From: a virus
Lineage: Duplodnaviria > Caudoviricetes
Virus record (IMG/VR): IMGVR_UViG_3300002895_000002
Span: 96,001 to 160,000 of that record
Reading direction: 5' to 3' (one strand)
Length of the DNA: 64,000 nt
Below, one piece after another: positions 17,931-27,020 of this stretch (the first letter of the stretch is position 1; each line of letters starts with the position of its first letter). Below the pieces are notes generated by a model, which was not told the DNA's origin, made no database searches, and was given only the letters and a program-made list of their open reading frames with translations. Position numbers and translations under genes: made by a program.

Positions 17931-17968
17931 AAAATCCTCCTTGTGTTATAATAAACAAGGAGGATTTT
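17931..17968 (+). promoter_or_regulatory. RBS-sequestering 14-bp hairpin with sigma70 -10 in the loop
   Basis: aaaatcctccttgt/acaaggaggatttt around TATAAT; TTGATA upstream. Confidence 0.75.
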
Positions 17969-17970
17969 TT

Positions 17971-19668
17971 ATGGCCTGGAATGCTCAAAAATATAAAGAA
18001 ATAGTAGATGAGATTTTGTCCAATGATACCATTATCCCAGCATCAGAAGAAGAATTAAAAAATCACATAATAAAAAATAATTTAGAAAAAGATCCTGCGA
18101 ATATCAAGAAAAAAATAATAAATTATCCATCAATATTCAAATCGTTTATTATACTGCAACAGAAATTTGGAAATGAAACTATCCGAAGAATTTTGGAGCA
18201 AAATTTCAATCCATTTTTTTGTTCATGTGGCTCTGAGATTGCGTTTGGAAAAACACTTTGTTCAAGATGTGCAGGTATACAAACAAAAAAAGGATGGAAA
18301 GAAAATAATAAAATCATAAACATTGATGAATTATATAATTTACTTAATAATATCAAAAATAATAATTCAATGTCTCAGGAAATCATCAAACAGGGACTCT
18401 TATCTAGTCTAATTACTCATACATCTTTTTTGCCAAATTCAGCAAAGATTACAGAACGATGTTTCTGTATATTAAACCATATATCTTCTATTCAATTGTG
18501 TAAATGTGGTGCTCCTTTATCATTTTCTACTTTTAAGAAAGGATATAGATCTACATGTTCAAAAGTATGTAATGGGAAAATATCCAAAGGAAGAAATCAA
18601 ACTAAGAAGAAAAATCAGGGTTGGGAAACACTAAACAAAAAATATAACGACAATTCAACAATGAATATCATATCACCCGCTATTGATTTTTTTGATTCTA
18701 GAAAAATTACAATCAAATGTTCAAAATGTGGGTTTGAAGAACAATGGCAATATTTAGGATCTACATATTCAAAAAATTGTCCCAAGTGCACAAAAAATGG
18801 AGTTTCTTTTCCCGAAATTCAGCTAACTGAATTTCTTACGGAACATAATATCAGAGTTGAACGGGGGTTGAAAAAGAAATTTGGTCATAACGAAATTGAT
18901 CTTTTTCTTCCAGAATACAATCTTGGGATCGAATACAATGGTTTATTCTACCATTCTGAATATAATGGAGGGAAAGACCGAAGATATCATATCAACAAAA
19001 CAATAGCAATGGAAAATTGCGGATTTCAATTGCTTCATATATTTGAGGATGAATGGATTTATCACCAAGAAATAGTTAAGTCAATGATTTTATCAAAAAT
19101 AGGGAAACTTTCAAATCGAATATATGCAAGAAATACAATACCATCCATTCTAACATCCAAAGAAAAATCATTATTTCTTAATGAAAATCATATTCAAGGA
19201 AATGACCAATCATCAATAGCAATAGGTCTAAAAGACAAGACGGGAAATATTGTTGCTGTTGGTACATTTGGAAAAAGAAAACTAGGACAAAATAAAAATC
19301 CAGATTGGGAATTGATAAGATTTTGCAATATGATAAATACTAATGTTATTGGTGGAATGAGTAAAGTTATATCTGAATTTTTCAAAATAAATCCCGAAAT
19401 TAACAAACTTATTTCATATGCTGACAGACGATGGAGCACTGGAAAATCATATCTGAAAATTGGGTTTGAGCTAGTATCAGTAACACCACCAAATTATTGG
19501 TATGTCAAAGGGCAAAAAAGAATACATAGAAGTGCTTTCATGAAGAGCACATTACATTCAAAACTAAAAGATTTTGATCCACAGAAAACCGAATGGGAAA
19601 ACATGATTATAAATAATTATGATCGAGTATGGGATTGTGGATCGATGAAATTTATTCTAACCAAATAA
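17971..19668 (+). CDS. Hef-like homing endonuclease (Zn ribbons, Vsr/DUF559-like nuclease, C-terminal domain)
   Basis: IDLFLPEYNLGIEYNGLFYH..LLHIFEDEW; IYARN..FLNENHIQG..ELIRFC..SYADRRWS; very AT-rich. Confidence 0.8.
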   Translation: MAWNAQKYKEIVDEILSNDTIIPASEEELKNHIIKNNLEKDPANIKKKIINYPSIFKSFIILQQKFGNETIRRILEQNFNPFFCSCGSEIAFGKTLCSRCAGIQTKKGWKENNKIINIDELYNLLNNIKNNNSMSQEIIKQGLLSSLITHTSFLPNSAKITERCFCILNHISSIQLCKCGAPLSFSTFKKGYRSTCSKVCNGKISKGRNQTKKKNQGWETLNKKYNDNSTMNIISPAIDFFDSRKITIKCSKCGFEEQWQYLGSTYSKNCPKCTKNGVSFPEIQLTEFLTEHNIRVERGLKKKFGHNEIDLFLPEYNLGIEYNGLFYHSEYNGGKDRRYHINKTIAMENCGFQLLHIFEDEWIYHQEIVKSMILSKIGKLSNRIYARNTIPSILTSKEKSLFLNENHIQGNDQSSIAIGLKDKTGNIVAVGTFGKRKLGQNKNPDWELIRFCNMINTNVIGGMSKVISEFFKINPEINKLISYADRRWSTGKSYLKIGFELVSVTPPNYWYVKGQKRIHRSAFMKSTLHSKLKDFDPQKTEWENMIINNYDRVWDCGSMKFILTK

Positions 19669-19681
19669 AGGAGATTTTACA

Positions 19682-20200
19682 ATGGCAGATATCAAACTGG
19701 ATAGCTTCAGAAACAACCTGAAGGACCTTGCCCGTCCGAACCGGTTTCTGATGATCTTTACCAGGAGCTCAGACGAGACTCTTTCCTATCTGGCGAAAGG
19801 TGCTCAGCTCCCGGGTAGGGTGATTGACGAGATTCAGGCAAACTGGCAAGGAATGCAGGCAAAGATCGCAGGCGACCCGACCTTCAACGACTTCACTGTT
19901 ACCTTCATCAACGACTATGAGCTCAAGGCTCGCAAGTTTGTCGAGAAGTGGCTCGAAGACATCGCCGCTATGTCGACCAACGTTCGTTCAGCTCCCAGCT
20001 CAGCTGTCGCTGGTCATCACCTGGATCAAGGGTGTAGGGTTCAGCAGCTTGGGCGGACTGGTGAAGTGCTTCGTGAGTACAAGCTGGTCAATGCATGGCC
20101 GGCAGACATGGCTGACATCGATCTGAACATGGACAGCACGTCGCAGATGGCGGAGTTCACGGTTACGTTCAAATATGACTACTTCGAGGTTGTCAAGTAA
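19682..20200 (+). CDS. gp19: Tail tube protein
   Basis: DLARPNRF; AQLPGR; FNDFTVTF; QQLGRTG; AWPADMADIDLNMD; EFTVTFKYDYF. Confidence 0.93.
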   Translation: MADIKLDSFRNNLKDLARPNRFLMIFTRSSDETLSYLAKGAQLPGRVIDEIQANWQGMQAKIAGDPTFNDFTVTFINDYELKARKFVEKWLEDIAAMSTNVRSAPSSAVAGHHLDQGCRVQQLGRTGEVLREYKLVNAWPADMADIDLNMDSTSQMAEFTVTFKYDYFEVVK

Positions 20201-20231
20201 CCAGGACACGTCACAACATTCGGCAGGAAAG

Positions 20232-20256
20232 AAAGGGGTTTCTTTAGCCCCTTTTC
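20232..20256 (+). terminator. Intrinsic terminator
   Basis: aaagggg-loop-ccccttttc after gp19. Confidence 0.65.
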
Positions 20257-20287
20257 TCTTGATAAATAACATAGAACTGGAGGAAAA

Positions 20288-21241
20288 ATGAGACGGTCAT
20301 TCATCTACGCATTCATCTTGATTTTGTTTCTGTGTTCGCTCCCTTCACAAGCAGGGCCCAGGAAAGATCTGATTGCAATAATATTCCCAAGCAATGTCAA
20401 AGAGCATCTAACATCAATGACTGAAAATAGTGTTCTTGGTTGTTGCTTTCTCGGCAAGTTCAACGAGTACACCATCCGAACGTTTTTTTATGATGCTCAT
20501 ATCGACAGCCTGGATATTAGTCAATATAAAGCTAAGAAAATTGTTGAACGAATTACTCAAATCAAACCGAAGATGGTTGTTGTTTACAGCGATCAAACAT
20601 TTACCGATATAGCAGTTCCTTATCTTTACGGAAAGGTTCCTGTGGTTTTCGTAGGTGTGCATAAAGATATAGTTGACAAGAGTGGTGTTGATAAAAAACT
20701 ACTCACTGGAAGTGTAATCGACCACAATAAAGTCAATATTATAGAAAACTTATTTTCCAGTAGAAATATCAACATTTCTGGATGGACTATTCTTTACTCA
20801 AATGATCGGATATCAAAAACCGAACTTTCCATGCTACAACCAACTCTCAAAAATTCAACAACCATCCTAATAAATAACGCTCAAGATCTAAAAAGAACAT
20901 TACACGATCTAAATAAGAAAAAACCAATGTTTCTGGTAAGTCTTATTCATCAGCTGGATGACGTTGATCGTATAAATAAACTTTACCGTGATGACATAAC
21001 AAAAATCATCGTTCAATATAACAACAAGCATCCAGAAATATCATTTCATCAAGATTATGTCTATAATGGGTATATGCTTTCTATTACTCACCGAAATCAT
21101 GTAGGGTGTAAAAATGAAAGTATCGACTTTGGGTCATACAAAATATTCAATGAAGAACTGTTGATAAATAGAAATAGAGCCATTGAACTTGGATTTGACG
21201 ACCTATTCGACCAGCTCGATTATATAGATGAGGTTATATAG
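20288..21241 (+). CDS. Secreted protein resembling an ABC-type periplasmic substrate-binding fold
   Basis: Signal peptide MRRSFIYAFILILFLCSLPSQA; IKPKMVVVYSD..VPVVFVGV; resemblance judged by eye. Confidence 0.45.
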   Translation: MRRSFIYAFILILFLCSLPSQAGPRKDLIAIIFPSNVKEHLTSMTENSVLGCCFLGKFNEYTIRTFFYDAHIDSLDISQYKAKKIVERITQIKPKMVVVYSDQTFTDIAVPYLYGKVPVVFVGVHKDIVDKSGVDKKLLTGSVIDHNKVNIIENLFSSRNINISGWTILYSNDRISKTELSMLQPTLKNSTTILINNAQDLKRTLHDLNKKKPMFLVSLIHQLDDVDRINKLYRDDITKIIVQYNNKHPEISFHQDYVYNGYMLSITHRNHVGCKNESIDFGSYKIFNEELLINRNRAIELGFDDLFDQLDYIDEVI

Positions 21242-21528
21242 TGATTGCCCAAGAAAGGACAAAAAAGTACGTCGAACTGATTTTGATTGTTATTTTCGTG
21301 ATATTCATTGGCGCTAGAGTAATAGGCAATTTTTTTGTTGATTCTAATAAGACAGAGGTAGTCAAAACATTTCCGATCGAGAAAATTAGCAGAGTGTGCG
21401 TAAAGACTTCTGATGTAGAGGAGTGTATTGAACTAGATGGGACTATGGTCAAAGTCTCGCTAGTTAAAGATAACATACAGAATGGCCGGCCAGGAATGGC
21501 ATTATTAATAGAAACGAGGACGAAGTAA
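21241..21528 (+). CDS. Small N-terminally membrane-anchored protein
   Basis: One TM helix at residues ~11-28; translationally coupled to both neighbours. Confidence 0.6.
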   Translation: MIAQERTKKYVELILIVIFVIFIGARVIGNFFVDSNKTEVVKTFPIEKISRVCVKTSDVEECIELDGTMVKVSLVKDNIQNGRPGMALLIETRTK

Positions 21529-22193
21529 TGCTGGAATATTTGGATTTACTCAAGTACATCCTGTCCTCGGACACAATAGCATTCATAGTTGTGATTGCAT
21601 GTGCCTGGATGTATTTGATGAAGTATAAGCCCGCAATGGAGCGGAAGGAAAAACTCGAAAAAGAACTTGAAGTAAAGATTCTGGCAATACCAACGATCGA
21701 AGAAATAACCAAAGTCATAACTGACAATCGAGATGAACTTGCTGAGCTAGCTATTCTTGATTCCCACCGCAAAGAAATCATCAAACAGATCGAATTCCAT
21801 GTGGTTGAACTCAAGAAGGCATTGACCCAGCAGGTAGGGGAGCAGGATACACAACACCGAACCTTTGGTGAAGGCATCAATAAAATTCTAAACTTCATTT
21901 CTATCGCCAAAGACTACATCATCAAATCAGAAAACCGATTGGATGCAATAGAGAAACGTCTGGAGAAGGTAATGATATCCCTTCGAATGACGTATGCTCT
22001 GCTTGACTCTTTTGTTTCAAAAATGGAAGAATCTGGAAATGTAGGCAAAGTCGATAGAAAGTCAATAGATGACTTCCGTGAGAACATCCAAATTACCCAG
22101 GATGAACTCACTGATCTCATGACAGTTATTGGGAAGTTTATGAAGCAATCGAAACAGACCTCCAGGATGGATCGGTTTCTTAACGAGGAATAA
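21528..22193 (+). CDS. Membrane-anchored coiled-coil protein
   Basis: TM segment IAFIVVIACAWMYL followed by heptad-rich helices. Confidence 0.6.
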   Translation: MLEYLDLLKYILSSDTIAFIVVIACAWMYLMKYKPAMERKEKLEKELEVKILAIPTIEEITKVITDNRDELAELAILDSHRKEIIKQIEFHVVELKKALTQQVGEQDTQHRTFGEGINKILNFISIAKDYIIKSENRLDAIEKRLEKVMISLRMTYALLDSFVSKMEESGNVGKVDRKSIDDFRENIQITQDELTDLMTVIGKFMKQSKQTSRMDRFLNEE

Positions 22194-22196
22194 ACC

Positions 22197-23114
22197 ATGT
22201 GTAACTTTGCAGTTGATTTAGCAACATCGATTCTGAATCTGGAGATTCGGAAGAACCGTATACTTGAGAAAGACTCAAAGACAAAAAGACTCTGTCACTG
22301 TCGTAGGGAAATTCTCAAATCGTATATCAAAGCATCAGAGATGTTGTTCGTTAGAACTACTGCGAGGATCATGAAGTTTATTGATGACCACAATCCTCAA
22401 TATGCATCCATCCATGATCCCGATGAACTGAGAGAGTGGTTTCGTTCAGCTACTTATTCATCCATGTATTCCAACCCTTGTGTTAGCAATAAGATGGTTG
22501 TTGTGTTCAAACTCCTCCAGGAAGTCCTTGATGACCATTTCTTTGATTTCTTCCAGGAAAAATATGAGAAGATGATTAATGAAATGGACCCATCCACAAT
22601 ACGAAGTGACTCGAAACTTCCTGTTGTTCGTGATTTTCTCAATGAAATGTCAGAATGGCTCGAAGCATCTGTATTCAACATCCTATCGATTCGTATCGAC
22701 TGTCGTCATATAAGCGATGAAATATACTCAGATTACTATGTTCCGAGAGATACACAATGCTGCACACTGAACAATGAATTAGGAAACTGCTCGTCATGTG
22801 TTTTTGTTGACAACAAAATGACCGACTGTTCTTCACAACATGATTTGATGGTGAATCATGGTGAAGACATTCATTTGTACATAGTAGAAGAAATGCTCGG
22901 AACTGAAGGATGGATGTCAAACTTCTTTACAACCATTAACAAATATCACACCAATATCCAGAATGTTTACTTAATACTCGACTTCAGTCTTTTGGAAACA
23001 GATCAAATTATCAATCAGAAAAACATCGATGCCATAAACAAAGCAAAAGAAATATTCTGCTCTGTCTCATTCTTAGGGTATGCACGAGTTAAAAATATCA
23101 ACGAGGTCATCTGA
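22197..23114 (+). CDS. Hypothetical protein with Cys cluster
   Basis: 305 aa; CC..CSSC..C cluster; no family recognised. Confidence 0.6.
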   Translation: MCNFAVDLATSILNLEIRKNRILEKDSKTKRLCHCRREILKSYIKASEMLFVRTTARIMKFIDDHNPQYASIHDPDELREWFRSATYSSMYSNPCVSNKMVVVFKLLQEVLDDHFFDFFQEKYEKMINEMDPSTIRSDSKLPVVRDFLNEMSEWLEASVFNILSIRIDCRHISDEIYSDYYVPRDTQCCTLNNELGNCSSCVFVDNKMTDCSSQHDLMVNHGEDIHLYIVEEMLGTEGWMSNFFTTINKYHTNIQNVYLILDFSLLETDQIINQKNIDAINKAKEIFCSVSFLGYARVKNINEVI

Positions 23115-23593
23115 TGTCTTATATCGACGTAGCAAAACAGAGTAACTTCTACCTCCTGTTGAAGGACCGCAAACATGCTGAGTTCTTTGTTCAGGAGGCT
23201 TCTCTGCCTGGATTTACTCTGGCAGATGTTAACGTTCGATTCAACTGGAACCTTGTCAAACATCCAGGCGATGAAATAACCTGGGATCAACTCACACTGA
23301 CTATTCTGTGTGATGAGGATCTCAAGGCATGGACTGACATTTTTGATCTCATCTGTACCCTCAAAGACCCCGTCAAGAATACTATGGAGCTGAATGTTCC
23401 GATTTTTGATGCAGTTCTGCTCTGGACTACGAACAAGAAGAATATCGCATTTGAAATAACGTTCCACGATGCATGGTTCAGCTCATTGAGTGCTCTTCCA
23501 CTAACTCACCAAACCCTGGATGATGATCCGATTACATTCACTGCAGATTTATTCTACAACTATTATACTATAAAAAAGAAAGAGGTAGCATAA
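23114..23593 (+). CDS. gp3: Tail completion and sheath stabiliser
   Basis: FFVQEASLPGFTL; PGDEITWDQLTLTILCDEDL; FTADLFYNYY. Confidence 0.8.
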   Translation: MSYIDVAKQSNFYLLLKDRKHAEFFVQEASLPGFTLADVNVRFNWNLVKHPGDEITWDQLTLTILCDEDLKAWTDIFDLICTLKDPVKNTMELNVPIFDAVLLWTTNKKNIAFEITFHDAWFSSLSALPLTHQTLDDDPITFTADLFYNYYTIKKKEVA

Positions 23594-23605
23594 AGGATCG
23601 AACGA

Positions 23606-24079
23606 ATGAATGGAAACAAGTATTATTCCATCGTGGATATGTTCCCGCATCTCAAAAATCCCGAACGATACGTTGGAACCCGCCCAATCACCCTCCGCTC
23701 TGGATGGGAAATCAAATTTGTAACATCCTTCCTCGATTCAAACCCAAGTGTGGTGCAATGGTCCTCTGAGTCTGTTGTCCTTCAGTATTTCTATCCTGTT
23801 GACAAAAAGTGGCATCGATACTTTACTGACTTCTGGGCCCGGATGCGTCAAGAAGATGGAAGCTACAAAGACTTTCTGATTGAAATCAAGCCATACTCTC
23901 AAACTCAACAACCAAAAGAACCTAAACGAAAGACTAAGGGTTACGTCAACCAAGTCCACACCTACATCAAAAATCAAGCGAAGTGGGATACCGCTCGAGC
24001 ATACTGTGCAGAACAAACCCGAGTTGGTAAGCCGACGGAATTTTTGATCCTCACAGAAAAAGACATCCCAGGTGTCTAA
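23606..24079 (+). CDS. gp4: Head completion nuclease-like protein
   Basis: RSGWE..LDSNPSVVQWSSE..HRYFTDF..LIEIKPYSQT..NQAKW. Confidence 0.92.
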   Translation: MNGNKYYSIVDMFPHLKNPERYVGTRPITLRSGWEIKFVTSFLDSNPSVVQWSSESVVLQYFYPVDKKWHRYFTDFWARMRQEDGSYKDFLIEIKPYSQTQQPKEPKRKTKGYVNQVHTYIKNQAKWDTARAYCAEQTRVGKPTEFLILTEKDIPGV

Positions 24080-24093
24080 TTTCTAATTTCTAA

Positions 24094-24115
24094 CTGATTT
24101 TGATAAATAAATCAG
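24094..24115 (+). promoter_or_regulatory. Hairpin with late promoter in the loop, abutting the RBS
   Basis: ctgattt/aaatcag around GATAAATA, followed by GGAGG. Confidence 0.55.
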
Positions 24116-24127
24116 GAGGAAATAGTA

Positions 24128-24778
24128 ATGAGACAACCACACAGTGAAGAAACAAAAGAAAAAATAAGACAATCCCTTCTTGGTAGAAAACATTCAGAAG
24201 AAACTAAGGAGAAAATCGGAAAATCTTCTCAGGGTAGAATTCATTCAGAAGAAACTAAAGAGAAGATGAGAAGCCATAAACGATCTGAGGAAACGAAAGA
24301 GAAAATCAGACAATCTCGTTTAGGAAAACCACTACCCGAAGAAACTAAGGAAAAATTACGGGGTCAAAAAAGATCTGAGGAAACGAAAGAGAAAATCAGA
24401 CAAGCAAGACTGGGTACCAAAAGTTCTGACGAAACCAAAGCAAAAATTAGTGCAGCTACAAGTGGATCCAAAAATCCAATGTATGGAAAAGTAGGTGCAA
24501 TGAAAGGTAAGCCTAGTGCAAAAGGCTTTCTCGGAAAGAAACATACAAAAGAAACAAAACAACAAATGTCAAAGAATAATAAAGGTAAGATATTATCACC
24601 GGAAACAAGAGCAAAAATTCAATCATCTACTATTCATCATATGAGTCAACTTACTGATGATGAATTCAAGAAGTATATCCCCAAACCCAAATCAGAAAAT
24701 GATGCCATTGAATTAATCAATCAACCACAGGATATTGAATTATGGGATGACATTTGCTCCCGTATTTTCAACTTATAA
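24128..24778 (+). CDS. NUMOD3-repeat-only protein, no nuclease domain
   Basis: About eight (H/R)SEETKEKI-type repeats from residue 5; no GIY-YIG, HNH or PD-(D/E)XK motif. Confidence 0.8.
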   Translation: MRQPHSEETKEKIRQSLLGRKHSEETKEKIGKSSQGRIHSEETKEKMRSHKRSEETKEKIRQSRLGKPLPEETKEKLRGQKRSEETKEKIRQARLGTKSSDETKAKISAATSGSKNPMYGKVGAMKGKPSAKGFLGKKHTKETKQQMSKNNKGKILSPETRAKIQSSTIHHMSQLTDDEFKKYIPKPKSENDAIELINQPQDIELWDDICSRIFNL

Positions 24779-24796
24779 ATAGAGTGGGAGATTACA

Positions 24797-25219
24797 ATGG
24801 CCAAACCTTCAAAAATATCTCATTCAAGCATGTACTATTTCCGGTATGTTCATCCTGCTGGAGAAGGAAAACTCAACGTCTTTGACAAGGCTCCGTTGGT
24901 TATTCCGCTCGACTGGAACCGGAAATCCATGCTCGCTGTCAACGTTCACTGGCTGCCCCGGGGAACTAGAATGAAACTCATTCAACAAGTCCTTGCTGTT
25001 GCTGAACAGAGACGAAATGGTAAAAAACTTCCGAAGTTGCTTTACAGCATGGTTAAGTATGACCCGAACTTTCGGTTTGCTATGCAAGCAATTCGTCGGT
25101 ACCATATAGGCAGGATTACAAATTGGACAGAAATTCCACCAGAGAAATGGGAACATGCTCTGGGTGTTACACGATTCAGGGCCCGGAAAGCATATAAAGC
25201 AAAAGGCTACCGTATATAA
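24797..25219 (+). CDS. gp2: DNA end protector protein
   Basis: YYFRY..FDKAPLVIPL..LAVNVHWLP; adjacent to gp4. Confidence 0.8.
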   Translation: MAKPSKISHSSMYYFRYVHPAGEGKLNVFDKAPLVIPLDWNRKSMLAVNVHWLPRGTRMKLIQQVLAVAEQRRNGKKLPKLLYSMVKYDPNFRFAMQAIRRYHIGRITNWTEIPPEKWEHALGVTRFRARKAYKAKGYRI

Positions 25220-25229
25220 AGGACAGATC

Positions 25230-27008
25230 ATGGCAAATCTACTCGAAATAATCAAACATCCGTTTCAAACAATTGAAGAAGCTCTGAACAAACCGTTCTA
25301 CAGTCCTGTTGAAGCTGAGCTTGAGGCTCTCAAGGATTCGAGTCAGATAACCAAGGAAAAGGATACTGAACGCGGTTACGTTGCTTACGATCCATTCTCT
25401 GTCACCGCGAACATGGATCTCATCAGCTCCATTTCTGCGAATGGAAACTATGTCGATCGTCTTCGTAAGTGGCGGGATGTTGCTCAGCTTCCTGAAGTTG
25501 ATGAAGCCATTCAAGAGATTGTGAACGAAGCTATCGTTTATGATGATATTGAAGAAACGATTAAACTGAACCTGGATGGAGTTGAACTTCCCGACAAGTT
25601 TAGGAAAGCCATGAAAGACAGTTTTAATCACATTCTCTACTTACTCGACTTCAACCAACGCGGTGATGAACTGTTCCGTCAGTGGTATGTTGACGCTAAA
25701 CTGGCCCTTGAGGTTGTGTACGATAACGAGAATGTTCAAGCTGGTATCCAAAAGGTTGTTCTACTTCCTCCTCAGTACATTACCAAAGTCAAGAACGTTC
25801 AAACCGGTGAGTATCGATGGATCGTTAAGGAGAAGCCCTCATACAATCCAGTCAAAGATATTGAAGATCCAGAAAAGACTCTGTATGACGAGCAGGTCAC
25901 CTACATCGATTCCGGAGTATACTCACAGGATAAGAAATTTCCAATTTCTCATCTGAACAAGGCCCTGAAGGTTATCAACCAGCTGTATCTGATTGAGGAC
26001 TCAGTCATCATTTACCGGATCACCAGAGCCCCCGAGAAAAGGATCTTCTACGTTGATACAGGTAACCTTCCCAAGACCAAGGCTGAAGAATACATCAAGA
26101 GCTTGATTCTCAAGTATCGCCAGAAGAAGATATACAACTTCGAGACTGGTCAGGTTGAGAACAAAGCTAAGCAGATATCCATCCTGGAAGATTTCTGGTT
26201 CCCAGTCAACGCAGCAGGTAGGGGGACAAAGGTTGAGAACCTAGCTGGCACTGGTGCTGATCTTACCAACCTGGCTGACATTGATTATTTCCAGAACAAG
26301 CTCTACAAGGCACTGAATCTTCCTATCTCCCGGAGAAACCCGGAAGGTCGGATGATGATGGGGTCTAACCTGGACATTGAGAAGGACGAGCTCAAGTTCT
26401 TTAAATTCGTCCTCAAGCTACGTCGTCGCTTCAACAATATGTTCGTTGATTTGATGAAGAAGGACCTCTTGGCTAAGCAGGTCTTTACTCTGGATGACTG
26501 GAAACAGATCCAAGAGAAGATTAAGTTCATCTACGCTAATGATAATGCTTATTCTGAGATCCGTCAACTGCAAATCCTGAACATGAGAACTGAAGCTGCT
26601 CAAGGTCAATTTGGTTTGGTTGAGCAAGGCATGAATTCTAAGATCCGCATCCAGAAAGAAATCTTCAAGCGGACCGATGAAGAGATTATGGAGATTCATA
26701 ATGAATGGCTTGCAGAAAACCCACCGCCAGATGCATCTCCTGCTCAGATCCAGGAAATGATTGAAGAAGCAGTGGATGGACTCAGAGACGAAGTAAAATC
26801 CGCTCTCAGCTCAGTGATAAATACGTTGAACCTGGAGAATCTCGCAGAATTGGTTGCTGAGAAACTCAAGCCAGTTACCTCAAAAGATTCCGTCGTTATT
26901 AAGCGTTCTGTTCTCGAATCCATGAAAGAAGGCGATGTTATTGAAAGCGGAAACGAGCGATTGAAGGTCGAGAACGGCCGGGTTGTTTTTGAAAAAATAA
27001 CTAAATAG
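25230..27008 (+). CDS. gp20: Portal vertex protein
   Basis: PEVDEAIQEIVNEAI; FRQWYVD; IYRITRAPEKRIFYVDTGNLPKTKAEEY; EDFWFP; ELKFFKF. Confidence 0.96.
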   Translation: MANLLEIIKHPFQTIEEALNKPFYSPVEAELEALKDSSQITKEKDTERGYVAYDPFSVTANMDLISSISANGNYVDRLRKWRDVAQLPEVDEAIQEIVNEAIVYDDIEETIKLNLDGVELPDKFRKAMKDSFNHILYLLDFNQRGDELFRQWYVDAKLALEVVYDNENVQAGIQKVVLLPPQYITKVKNVQTGEYRWIVKEKPSYNPVKDIEDPEKTLYDEQVTYIDSGVYSQDKKFPISHLNKALKVINQLYLIEDSVIIYRITRAPEKRIFYVDTGNLPKTKAEEYIKSLILKYRQKKIYNFETGQVENKAKQISILEDFWFPVNAAGRGTKVENLAGTGADLTNLADIDYFQNKLYKALNLPISRRNPEGRMMMGSNLDIEKDELKFFKFVLKLRRRFNNMFVDLMKKDLLAKQVFTLDDWKQIQEKIKFIYANDNAYSEIRQLQILNMRTEAAQGQFGLVEQGMNSKIRIQKEIFKRTDEEIMEIHNEWLAENPPPDASPAQIQEMIEEAVDGLRDEVKSALSSVINTLNLENLAELVAEKLKPVTSKDSVVIKRSVLESMKEGDVIESGNERLKVENGRVVFEKITK

Positions 27009-27020
27009 GATATACAGTAG

